Virus record (IMG/VR): IMGVR_UViG_3300027672_000035
Span: 1-34,966 of that record
Length of the DNA: 34,966 nucleotides
Strand: one strand, 5' to 3'
Origin: a virus
Taxonomy: Duplodnaviria; Caudoviricetes
Below are positions 7,219-15,693 of this stretch, piece after piece (the stretch's first letter is position 1; the number at the start of each line of letters is the position of its first letter). The translations under genes and the position numbers were made by a program. Below the pieces are notes generated by a model. That model worked only from the letters and a program-made list of their open reading frames with translations, did not search any database and was not told where the DNA came from.

Positions 7219-7599
7219 ATGAAGGTCATCGCTAGTTTTGAACAATTCGTATTAAGTAATATTAATGAGGCAGAGGAAACCCATAGTGATTATCCATCAG
7301 CTGCTAAAAAGAATGCTCAAATGGCGATAGATTGGAAAGAGAAATACGGCAGAGATGAAGTCAAAGCTGGCACTGCAGTTGGTTGGGCTAGAGCCCACCA
7401 ATTAGCCAATGGAGAGAACATATCCAGTGATACAGTTAAACGCATGGCTTCATTCAATAGACACAGAAAAAACGCAACGATTTCGCCAGAATTTAAAGAC
7501 ACACCTTGGCTAGATAGAGGGTTTGTTTCATGGTTAATTTGGGGCGGAGATGAAGGAGTCGATTGGGCTATGCAAAAATCACAAGAGATAAGTAAGTAA
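7219..7599 (+). CDS. Late protein, probable internal head protein with capsid-targeting-like N-terminus
   Basis: MKVIASFEQFVLSNINE resembles the T4 capsid targeting sequence; domain GTAVGWARAHQLA...VKRMASFNRH...SWLIWGGD. Confidence 0.65.
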   Translation: MKVIASFEQFVLSNINEAEETHSDYPSAAKKNAQMAIDWKEKYGRDEVKAGTAVGWARAHQLANGENISSDTVKRMASFNRHRKNATISPEFKDTPWLDRGFVSWLIWGGDEGVDWAMQKSQEISK

Positions 7600-7616
7600 T
7601 CTAATACAACAAATAT

Positions 7617-8024
7617 ATGAATAAACTAATAATGCTAATCAGCGTGGCTCTAACAATTGGAGTAGCAGGTAATAATAACACCGGGCCCGATAAAAAAGAG
7701 CTCTCACCTGCAGCTAAGGTCCTTAAAAAGATCAAATCTGATGACAGCAAAGAGAAAAAGAGCGGAGGTAAGCGTAAGCTTTCACCTGCTATGGCTAAGT
7801 TCGATAAAAACAAAGATGGAAGGCTTTGTGAAGTTGAACGTAAAGCAGCTCGTAGCGCTTTTATGAAGCGATTCGATAAGAATAAAGATGGTAAGCTTGA
7901 CGTTAAAGAGCGTAAGGCAGCCATGGCTGAGCGTCGTAAGAATGCTCAAAAACCTAAAGGTAAAGGCAAGAAAAAGCCTGCTCCTAAGAAGGGTGGTAAA
8001 AAGCCTGCTCCTAAGAAGGGCTAA
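7617..8024 (+). CDS. Secreted EF-hand protein with Lys-rich tail
   Basis: Signal peptide MNKLIMLISVALTIGVAG; two 12-residue loops DKNKDGRLCEVE and DKNKDGKLDVKE; KKPAPKKG twice. Confidence 0.8.
   Translation: MNKLIMLISVALTIGVAGNNNTGPDKKELSPAAKVLKKIKSDDSKEKKSGGKRKLSPAMAKFDKNKDGRLCEVERKAARSAFMKRFDKNKDGKLDVKERKAAMAERRKNAQKPKGKGKKKPAPKKGGKKPAPKKG
7971..8020 (+). repeat. Exact 23-bp direct repeat, period 27
   Basis: AAAAAGCCTGCTCCTAAGAAGGG at 7971-7993 and 7998-8020. Confidence 0.9.
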
Positions 8025-8049
8025 TACATATACAACATAATACTATAGT

Positions 8050-8079
8050 AGAGGGGTGGCTGAAAGGTCACCTCTCTTT
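8050..8079 (+). terminator. Intrinsic terminator between convergent operons
   Basis: AGAGGGGTGGCT-GAAA-GGTCACCTCTCT 12-bp stem (G-U pairs on + strand RNA), GNRA loop, short T tract. Confidence 0.75.
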
Positions 8080-8081
8080 AG

Positions 8082-9563
8082 TTATCCCATTGCGTGCTTT
8101 AAAGCGGCCGCATTCAAATTGCTGGCCCCGATGACATTATACGTAACGTTATTAACTACAGCAGAGTTGCTATTGTTTGACGTATTAATGTTGGTTTGTG
8201 ATTTTTCCTTTAGCTCATCAGCTTTTTTAATTCGCTCGGCATCCACCGTTTTCTTCAATCTTATCGCAGCAGCTTTGACCTCGGCGTTCTGTGCGTCGAC
8301 AGCATTTTTCATCTCCGTCGCGCTCTTCTTCATAGCTTGAATACTTCCTCCTGCTCCATCAGTAACGCCAATGTAATCGAGACCTTCTAACACATTATTA
8401 ATAATCGGATTGTCAAGTAATTTAAGAATGCCTTGTTGTAAGTACATAAAGAAGCTTTGCATACTTAAACTAATTGACATAAGAGCTAGTTTTGCTCTTT
8501 CTATTGCACTTCCACCAAATATGTCTTCCACTAATCCCTTAATTAACCCAAAAGGAGCTAATACCACTTTTTTAATACCTTCCCAGATACCGCTAAGAGT
8601 TTTGCTCATTGCTTCTGTGTCCCACTCAAATAGTGCTTTAACAAAATCAACTAAGTTGCTGAAAATCTCGCTTATGCCGGCAAACACGTCATCAGTATAT
8701 TTACCAATTGCCGTTGCTAAGTTATCCAGCCCCAGCCATTCGGCAAGCTTAGTTGGTATCCACATTAATATTCGAATAAGACCACCAATTAATCCATCAA
8801 CCAAGTCCATAACACCTTGTTTAATACCTTCTACGATGCCTCCTTCTTTGTAACCTCGCATAAACCCTTTAACGAAATCAAAGATTCCCATAAGAATAGT
8901 GATTGGCAAAAACACTTTACCTAGTATTCGTCCAATGCCTTTAGCAAATTTTATAATTGCTTTAAACGGCCCACCTGTCGCGAATTTCACAATCGATTTA
9001 AAAATATTGAACAGCTTTGAAAAGAATCCTCCCTTTCCTCTAAACACTTTTTGAAATAAGCCGCTGATCGCTTTAAATATCTTGCTGTTTTTAAGTTTAT
9101 CTACAATCCCAGTAATAAATTTGCCTAGCTTACTTTTTTTAAGTTTGTCAAATATACCAACAAAGAAATTCTTAAATCTAAGTTTTAAGTCATCTAGCCA
9201 TGCTGCGGCTTTGCCTTTCGTAAAGAAGTTAAGTTCTTTACCTAGTTGACCAAGGAAGCCAATGAAGACTGCGAATGGAGCTAGTAGCAACCCAAGGCCT
9301 AAGCCCAAAAGCTTACTAAGACCACCATCAGTTTTAGGAATTAAGCTTTTTAAACCTTCGAGAAGAGAATCACCAACTCCTCTAATACCATCTGCTATAT
9401 CTTGAAATAGAGCTTTTTGTTCAATACTTCTTTCAAGCTCTTTAAGATCATTGTTTTTCTGTTGATCAACAAGAGGTTTTGCGAGATCTTTAGTATTTTG
9501 AATTGCAACTTTTTGAGTTACGTCTTCAAGATCATTTCTTGTTACGAATTGTTCTTCAGCCAT
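8082..9563 (-). CDS. Tape-measure/baseplate hub protein (gp29-like)
   Basis: 493 aa, amphipathic helical repeats rich in F/W/G/K with transmembrane-like segments; downstream of gp26/gp51. Confidence 0.7.
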   Translation of the reverse strand: MAEEQFVTRNDLEDVTQKVAIQNTKDLAKPLVDQQKNNDLKELERSIEQKALFQDIADGIRGVGDSLLEGLKSLIPKTDGGLSKLLGLGLGLLLAPFAVFIGFLGQLGKELNFFTKGKAAAWLDDLKLRFKNFFVGIFDKLKKSKLGKFITGIVDKLKNSKIFKAISGLFQKVFRGKGGFFSKLFNIFKSIVKFATGGPFKAIIKFAKGIGRILGKVFLPITILMGIFDFVKGFMRGYKEGGIVEGIKQGVMDLVDGLIGGLIRILMWIPTKLAEWLGLDNLATAIGKYTDDVFAGISEIFSNLVDFVKALFEWDTEAMSKTLSGIWEGIKKVVLAPFGLIKGLVEDIFGGSAIERAKLALMSISLSMQSFFMYLQQGILKLLDNPIINNVLEGLDYIGVTDGAGGSIQAMKKSATEMKNAVDAQNAEVKAAAIRLKKTVDAERIKKADELKEKSQTNINTSNNSNSAVVNNVTYNVIGASNLNAAALKHAMG

Positions 9564-9747
9564 TGTTTTGTTGGTGTCTTAGTTCTTCTTCTTTAATGTG
9601 GTCTTTTAAAAGTGTAATGTAAATCTCCCTTTCCCATGGAATCATATTGTCAAGTTCTGTTAAGCTATATTTGTGGTGTTGCAATAACGAAAACTGAATG
9701 TAATAATAATTCTCTAATGAGTTATGAGAAAGGGCTAGCCGAAAAAA
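9556..9747 (-). CDS. gp51: gp51-like baseplate hub assembly chaperone frame (no upstream start codon; probably reached by -1 frameshift from gp26)
   Basis: FFRLALSHNSLENYYYIQFSLLQHHKYSLTELDNMIPWEREIYITLLKDHIKEEE...; absent from the ORF track; frame opens after TGA TGA exactly at T TTT TTC. Confidence 0.8.
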   Translation of the reverse strand, partial: FFRLALSHNSLENYYYIQFSLLQHHKYSLTELDNMIPWEREIYITLLKDHIKEEELRHQQNNG

Positions 9748-10436
9748 TCATCAAGACCACTTAGGATCTTTGTTCTTTCTTTTCCCTGCGAACATTTAAA
9801 TTTAATTTCTTTTTTAAGAGATGGTAAACCATCAACCCATTCTTTAATTTTTACAACTTGTTTGCTACTTAGTGAATCGATAAAGTTTTCTATTTCTTTA
9901 GGTGATGCGTCTGCAAATGGATATACAGCTTCAGCATCATATACACTTTCAATTACAGTCATCAAAGATTGAATTATAGAGTTGGCTTTCTTACTACTGC
10001 GCGCGGCGACTTCAGCTTCTTTGAGGCCTGGTGATTTAAGTGTTATGCCAATATCATCAGTGAGTTGAATTTTATTTTCTTTATTTTTACCTTCTGAAAC
10101 TTCTATTTCTGAAAGATCAATTGTCATATCTATGATTTCATCGCACTCATCACACTGAAACTTAATATCAGATGTTTCACCTACGCTCTTTGAACGGATT
10201 TGAAGTAGAATATACTCAAGATCGCTCATGACTAACGAATAAAGATCTAATCCACCAAATGTGCATGAGTTTATTACATCTTTCATTGCTGAAATCATAC
10301 TTTGATTAGTTCCTGCTTCTTGTGCAATCATCAAAACCTTTTCCTCTTTTACAAGAAACGGTCTAAACTCCACCGCCTCGTTTGTTGATGGGATGGTTAA
10401 GAAATATTTAGGTGATTCAACTGTTGGTAATGCCAT
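9735..10436 (-). CDS. gp26: Baseplate hub assembly protein gp26
   Basis: MALP..PKY.LTIPST..VEFRPFLVKEEKVL, DLEYILLQIRSKSVGE, CxxC; ends GLDDFFG. Confidence 0.88.
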   Translation of the reverse strand: MALPTVESPKYFLTIPSTNEAVEFRPFLVKEEKVLMIAQEAGTNQSMISAMKDVINSCTFGGLDLYSLVMSDLEYILLQIRSKSVGETSDIKFQCDECDEIIDMTIDLSEIEVSEGKNKENKIQLTDDIGITLKSPGLKEAEVAARSSKKANSIIQSLMTVIESVYDAEAVYPFADASPKEIENFIDSLSSKQVVKIKEWVDGLPSLKKEIKFKCSQGKERTKILSGLDDFFG

Positions 10437-10448
10437 AATGTTTATAAT

Positions 10449-11105
10449 TTATATTAGCCGCTTAAATATGTTAAGCTTGTTGCTAGTACTATTTATCATA
10501 GATTTCATAGGTTGCTCAGTCTCAAAAAAATCATACGTCATGTTCACACTTACTTCTGCAACAGCATCAGAGTTGGCGTTAGAAAGATCTATACTGTTTA
10601 CTGAAGTAGGATAAGCATCTCTTAAGCGAACAGCATATACTGGTGTATTGTCTTTATCTAGTTCTTGAATAAAGACATCGGTTTTATATGTGTCATCATA
10701 AGATACTAGTTGGGAGGTTTGATCAACAATAGAACTTTGCCACTTATCAAATGTCTTCTTAGCATAAAAATCATTCGTAAGTAAAAAGGTAAATGCCACA
10801 TCTTCTTGAATAGAGCTTTGTGGGTATTTCCTTGGATTGGCTCCGTACGCATCATAATCACCTGTCATAATTAGTTTGCCAGGCAAAGAGCAGGACTGGC
10901 ACAATATGTTTATGTCACGCGGATCATTAACTAGTGCCCCATCACCAAGTAAAGCTTCTAAATTTAATAGCGTTGATGTAGGTGGAGTAATGGTAATAGC
11001 AAATCTATTTGTAGTAGCTACACCACCTCGTTTACCAACAGTTGCTTTAAACTGATCAATCGTGACTGGATTTATTGTATTTTTAATGTCGTCTAGTAGT
11101 CCCAT
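10449..11105 (-). CDS. Tail-tube-fold protein, baseplate tail tube initiator (gp54-like)
   Basis: NRFAITI, CQSCSLPG, FDKWQ..I, DAYPTSV..IDLS tail-tube-like motifs; synteny. Confidence 0.7.
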   Translation of the reverse strand: MGLLDDIKNTINPVTIDQFKATVGKRGGVATTNRFAITITPPTSTLLNLEALLGDGALVNDPRDINILCQSCSLPGKLIMTGDYDAYGANPRKYPQSSIQEDVAFTFLLTNDFYAKKTFDKWQSSIVDQTSQLVSYDDTYKTDVFIQELDKDNTPVYAVRLRDAYPTSVNSIDLSNANSDAVAEVSVNMTYDFFETEQPMKSMINSTSNKLNIFKRLI

Positions 11106-11111
11106 AACTTT

Positions 11112-11699
11112 TTAAGTAAATTGTTTTTTAGATCGGGCCCACACACCTTGTGCTCTGACCTTTTTAAATTGTTCTGATGGTAAGAATAAAACAGACTCCC
11201 AATGTTGAGCTGGAACCTCAACAATTCTTGATTTAATATGATCTGTAAGGTAGCGTTTAAAACACGGGGCGAAATATCTTAGCTTTGCATTAGATGCAAG
11301 AAAGCTATACTTAAGTCTTAAACGAGTTGTCTTATTATATTTCTCGTTGTTTGTGTATTCCGTCAATTGATCAAAGAATATAGCTCTATATTTAGGCGAT
11401 AGATAGTGCAAATTAAGGCCATAGAACCCTCCTTCAGCTCTGTCAATTAAGAATATTAGTGGGAATCTATCGTAATACGGAAGAGTTTTCTTATGTTTTG
11501 GGTCATACAGATACATAAACATACGACCGATTAGAGGCTTGTTTGTGTAATCAAGATTCTCATCTGCCATCAACTTAGGCCTACTAGGCATGTTGATGCT
11601 TTGGATCTCCCTCTTGAACCATTTAAGAGACTCTTTGGTGTTTCTTTCAATACCAGCAAGAGTAGCTCTGTCTTCGATCCTGTTAATAAATGTAGCCAT
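11112..11699 (-). CDS. gp2: DNA end protector protein gp2
   Basis: GRMFMYLYDPKHKKTLPYYDRFPL, GFYGLNLHYL, PCFKRYL motifs. Confidence 0.9.
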   Translation of the reverse strand: MATFINRIEDRATLAGIERNTKESLKWFKREIQSINMPSRPKLMADENLDYTNKPLIGRMFMYLYDPKHKKTLPYYDRFPLIFLIDRAEGGFYGLNLHYLSPKYRAIFFDQLTEYTNNEKYNKTTRLRLKYSFLASNAKLRYFAPCFKRYLTDHIKSRIVEVPAQHWESVLFLPSEQFKKVRAQGVWARSKKQFT

Positions 11700-11706
11700 C
11701 TATCTC

Positions 11707-11714
11707 TATTTATA
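11707..11714 (-). promoter_or_regulatory. T4-type late promoter for gp2
   Basis: TATAAATA on - strand, 7 nt before the gp2 start. Confidence 0.75.
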
Positions 11715-12150
11715 ATATTTTTATACCAAATGACCTTAAAGTATCTTCATGCCATATTTCAAATGTCATACCATACTTGTTTGCATATGCTGTAGCAGCT
11801 TCCCATTTAGACTGATTTTTAGCATATGTCAATACTTCTGTAAGGTACCTTTTAGTTTTACGCCCTGGCTTTTTAGGAGGAGCTGTTTGCTTCTTAGGTT
11901 TGATTTCTATTAGAAAGACCTTTCCATTCTTTGTACGAATAAAAAGATCTACAAAATAGCGGTGCACCCTGCCATCAGTCTTACAGCGGTATGGAACAAC
12001 CACTTCTTCAGAGGACCAACCTATGACACCTGGATTATTGTCTAACCACTTGAATGTCTGCCTTTCCCATAGAGATCTGTACTTGACTTTCTTAAAATCG
12101 CCTTCGTATTTTTTCGGGTTCTTTACTCTATATCTTCCAGAATACGCCAT
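11710..12150 (-). CDS. gp4: Head completion nuclease gp4 (TnsA-like fold)
   Basis: YSGRY..KNPKKY.GD, YRSLWE, WSSEE..VPY, HRYFVD, IEIKP, NQSKWEAA. Confidence 0.92.
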   Translation of the reverse strand: MAYSGRYRVKNPKKYEGDFKKVKYRSLWERQTFKWLDNNPGVIGWSSEEVVVPYRCKTDGRVHRYFVDLFIRTKNGKVFLIEIKPKKQTAPPKKPGRKTKRYLTEVLTYAKNQSKWEAATAYANKYGMTFEIWHEDTLRSFGIKIL

Positions 12151-12158
12151 GGTTTCGT

Positions 12159-12186
12159 TATAAATAATACTAAATACTTATTTATA
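12159..12186. promoter_or_regulatory. Face-to-face late promoters for the two divergent structural operons
   Basis: TATAAATA on + at 12159-12166 and on - at 12179-12186. Confidence 0.85.
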
Positions 12187-13262
12187 TGGCAATAGATAGC
12201 ATAAAAGAAGGTCTACTAACAATAGCAGACGATGCAGGAAAAGGTTGGGATAGGGCAACTGAGAGCGTTCTTCCCCAAGCTCAGCGGCCCCGTAAACCGC
12301 AATTAGTGTTTCCTAGAGATATGCTAGTTGAAAAATTACGGCCTTATATTAGATTTACGTGTAAACCATATAAAGGCGGTGAAGCTATGACGTCTGTTAA
12401 CCTACCGTGCCCTAGCGGTGTAAGCTTTAGTGATGGTGGATCTTATACGACAATCGATATGGGCATGATTGGCGACATTGCGCAGGTTGTTGCTAAGAGC
12501 GGAACCGCGGCGGAGGCGGCTGGCGGAATACTTGGAACATTTAAGAAGCAAGCCGAAGGACTAGGAGTCACTGGTGCTACAATATTAGCAGCAAAAACTC
12601 TAGGAGCGAATGATATAGCTACAGCGCTTGAATTTGCCAATAAAAGTGTAAGAAATCCTAGAACAAACACGGCGTTTTCAGGTAACACATTACGCAATTT
12701 CCAATTTAATTTTAAGATGATTGGAAAGAACGACAAAGAAGTCGAAGAAATAAACGAAATACAATCTTTCTTTAGAGAACAGGTTTATGCTTCAAGGTTA
12801 AATGGCATTAGCTCTGTAATGCAACAATACCCTAATCAATGGACTGTTCAGTTTATAGATCCTCGAAATGGCTTCGAATTAAAGTATATGCCTAAAATTT
12901 ATACGTGTTACCTTGCAGGTGCAAGCACAGTTGTAAATAGCACATCAAACACATTTCGCACTGATATGTCTCCTTATGAAATAGACGTATCTTTGCAATT
13001 TCAGGAAACAAAAATACTTGATCGCGAGACGATCAATGCTCTCGAAGGCGGTGTTAGAATAAACCGTGATGATGAAGCTTATAATGATATTACTAATAAA
13101 GTTGCAAGTGCTGCAAAGACTGTGCATGCGCGGTATGCCGAGACTCTGAAGAAAGCGACGACCCCGCCACCGGCCGCGGGGGGTGCCCCCGCGGCATCGA
13201 TACCCACCGTTCCCGCGGGAAGGCCCTTCGAGGCCGCGTATAAGGCGCAAGGGGGCAAATAG
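12186..13262 (+). CDS. gp48: Baseplate tail tube cap gp48
   Basis: NPRTNTAFSGNTLRNFQFNFKM, YPNQW.V.F, SLQFQETKILDR; Pro/Ala-rich C-terminal extension. Confidence 0.8.
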   Translation: MAIDSIKEGLLTIADDAGKGWDRATESVLPQAQRPRKPQLVFPRDMLVEKLRPYIRFTCKPYKGGEAMTSVNLPCPSGVSFSDGGSYTTIDMGMIGDIAQVVAKSGTAAEAAGGILGTFKKQAEGLGVTGATILAAKTLGANDIATALEFANKSVRNPRTNTAFSGNTLRNFQFNFKMIGKNDKEVEEINEIQSFFREQVYASRLNGISSVMQQYPNQWTVQFIDPRNGFELKYMPKIYTCYLAGASTVVNSTSNTFRTDMSPYEIDVSLQFQETKILDRETINALEGGVRINRDDEAYNDITNKVASAAKTVHARYAETLKKATTPPPAAGGAPAASIPTVPAGRPFEAAYKAQGGK

Positions 13263-13292
13263 ACGGCGTATTTAAATTAATAAAATAACAAC

Positions 13293-14336
13293 ATGTTTTT
13301 TAACCAATTCCCCAAAACTGCGTATAGTGTAGAGAACAATGCTATACAGAATACAATCACTGATTATTTTCGATATGTTGATGTTGTTGATAGGCTGGCA
13401 CAAAGCACGTATTCTTATTCAACTGTTGATATTCTAGACTCAGAACGACCCGATACACTTTCATATCGCCTTTATGGCACACCTGATTACTATTGGACAT
13501 TTTTTATCACTAACGACCCACTAAAAGAGGGTCTATCAGCATGGCCAAAAGGTGATAGCGAGATTAAAAATCACATAGCTAACCAATACAAAAACATTTC
13601 TGCGTTTAGATTTCCTATTGGAGAAGCCGACGATGATGGTAGAAGGTCTACTATACTAGGAATTCCTATAAAAAACGAAGCGTATTTGCCGTACTTAAGA
13701 CTATGCAAACGGCTAGGATACGAAGGAGCAACCGGCAAAAGAGTTTTTTCATCTGCTAAGATTGCTGATTATGATCCAAATATGTCACTTATTTGGATCG
13801 ATAATAGCGATGTTACGTGGTTTGCTGAAGATTATAATATAAATGCTCAAGTTGGAGACCTTGGCGCAATTGATACACAATATTCAGCCAAATCAAAAGT
13901 GGATATGTTTTATAGTGGAACAGGCGCTTCAGATTTTAGTGTGCAGTTTATTATTCCCGGCAATATAGAGGGTCCTAAACTTGCAGCTGCCCGTGCACTC
14001 CGCAAAGGTTTTATTGATGAACTTAGACTCGCTGCTGTAAGGTTTAAACCTAACGCTTTTTTTGAATATTATCCAGATGATATCTTAGATGCGAATTACA
14101 CATTGACTACTACTCAGTACTGGAAAGACGGCTCTCTTGCACCTGCTTATTATTACGATGCAATAAATATTAACGAGGAAATAACTGAATATACCGCAGG
14201 ACCTGAGGCAAGCAACTATGTATCAATATACGATGACATGATAGAGGAAAACGACGCACGAAGAAGTATAAAGGCAACAACACCTCAATATATAGAATCC
14301 TTCGCGAGAGAATTTAAGAAATTACTGAATGAGTGA
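13293..14336 (+). CDS. gp53: Baseplate wedge protein gp53
   Basis: FFNQFP..Y, ERPDTLSYRLYGTPDYYWTFFITND, WP, EENDARRSIK motifs. Confidence 0.85.
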   Translation: MFFNQFPKTAYSVENNAIQNTITDYFRYVDVVDRLAQSTYSYSTVDILDSERPDTLSYRLYGTPDYYWTFFITNDPLKEGLSAWPKGDSEIKNHIANQYKNISAFRFPIGEADDDGRRSTILGIPIKNEAYLPYLRLCKRLGYEGATGKRVFSSAKIADYDPNMSLIWIDNSDVTWFAEDYNINAQVGDLGAIDTQYSAKSKVDMFYSGTGASDFSVQFIIPGNIEGPKLAAARALRKGFIDELRLAAVRFKPNAFFEYYPDDILDANYTLTTTQYWKDGSLAPAYYYDAININEEITEYTAGPEASNYVSIYDDMIEENDARRSIKATTPQYIESFAREFKKLLNE

Positions 14337-15693
14337 TAAATTTAATATAGGTCTTGTTGATGAAAAAGGTAATTCTATAACGAATTCTGCCTATCAACTA
14401 ACTCAATGTGTTATTGAGAATGTCGATGGGGAAGTTCGTGATATACGTGCCATGGTAGGCTATATTAAGATACACGAAAGCCTTTTTTCACCTTCACTTG
14501 TTTGCGAGGTTGGTATCCGTGATGAATCAAACTTTCTAGAAGAATTTAATATTACTGGTAACGAGATTCTTTTTATCGAAATCGTTACTAGATCATTCGA
14601 TGTTGAACGTACACTATCTTATAAGTTTTATGTACAGGAATATAATGATTACGCCAGAAATGCTGAAAACTCACAGGTGCAGGCTTACACACTAGTTGCG
14701 GTGTCAGAGCATGCTTATATTGCCCCACTTAAAACAATTTCACGGACTATATCGGGAACTAATGTGTCTATCATTCAAAGAATTTTAAAAGACGACTTGA
14801 ATGTGTCTAATTTTGCTTCGTTTGGCAAGTGTGGTACACAATTTGATGGCAATATAAACATCTCAAATCCACTTAAAGCGGCGATGACAGTACTAGATAC
14901 TGCTGCAGATATTAACCGCACACCATATTTTTTGTATCAAGACCTTTCAGGGTTTGTTCAACTCACGTCTTTAAGCTTTATTAACGATCGTGATGAGAAT
15001 CCTATTTATAAAACATTCGTTAATAAACAAAAACTAGTTACTACGCCGGGTACTCATGCCAACTATCTAGAGCGGTCTACACAGATGCTGAAAGTCAATT
15101 CAAATATTGGCCTGGCTCCGTCATTACAAGCGAAGAAAGGTGCATTTGCATCTGAAAATCGTTACATTGATATTGCTAAAAAGAATTACCGTAAGCATAT
15201 ATTCGATGCTTCAAAGGTATTAAAGAGTGCCCATAGTACATCAAAAAAAGATGTAGCATACGGTCAATCTGTAAAGAATAAACGTGAATCTGAGGCTGGA
15301 TCACCATTGAATAAGATACCACAAGCGAATATAGCGTATCATTATGTGAATCGTTCGTCGTATAATGGACCAAAGAATATGAATGAGCTTGCCGAAGAGC
15401 AATCACATATCTCACGTGCGTATATTTCTAATTATGATGCATGTTCTCATAGCTTTACAGTGATGGGAGATACACTTCTTAACCCAGGAAGGACGATAGC
15501 ATTACATTTTCCGAAGGCAACCGATCCACTTATCTATAAAGAGTACACCGGAAAGTCAGATACAGAGGTATATGACCTTATGTTATCGGGCCAGTACCTC
15601 ATATTTGCGTGCACACATACGTTCCAAGATGGCGTACATGAGACAGAGATAGTAGCAAAGACTGATTCGATACAACCCGAAACAACATTATGA
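14329..15693 (+). CDS. Baseplate hub protein (gp27/late-control-D-like)
   Basis: IHESLFSP N-terminus; VMGDTLLNPG...LSGQYLI..CTHTF C-terminus; directly upstream of gp5. Confidence 0.7.
   Translation: MSDKFNIGLVDEKGNSITNSAYQLTQCVIENVDGEVRDIRAMVGYIKIHESLFSPSLVCEVGIRDESNFLEEFNITGNEILFIEIVTRSFDVERTLSYKFYVQEYNDYARNAENSQVQAYTLVAVSEHAYIAPLKTISRTISGTNVSIIQRILKDDLNVSNFASFGKCGTQFDGNINISNPLKAAMTVLDTAADINRTPYFLYQDLSGFVQLTSLSFINDRDENPIYKTFVNKQKLVTTPGTHANYLERSTQMLKVNSNIGLAPSLQAKKGAFASENRYIDIAKKNYRKHIFDASKVLKSAHSTSKKDVAYGQSVKNKRESEAGSPLNKIPQANIAYHYVNRSSYNGPKNMNELAEEQSHISRAYISNYDACSHSFTVMGDTLLNPGRTIALHFPKATDPLIYKEYTGKSDTEVYDLMLSGQYLIFACTHTFQDGVHETEIVAKTDSIQPETTL

Noticed and set aside
9735-9737. TAG read-through or stop-codon reassignment joining gp26 and gp51
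   Set aside because: The gp51-like sequence is in the -1 frame, not in frame, and other genes are intact under the standard code
11710-12150. TnsA-like nuclease as evidence of a Tn7-type transposon or homing endonuclease
   Set aside because: Sequence and position next to gp2 match the T4 core gene gp4
13125-13270. GC-rich gene end with hairpin as a diversity-generating retroelement target
   Set aside because: No reverse transcriptase and no template/variable repeat pair differing at adenines was seen in the window
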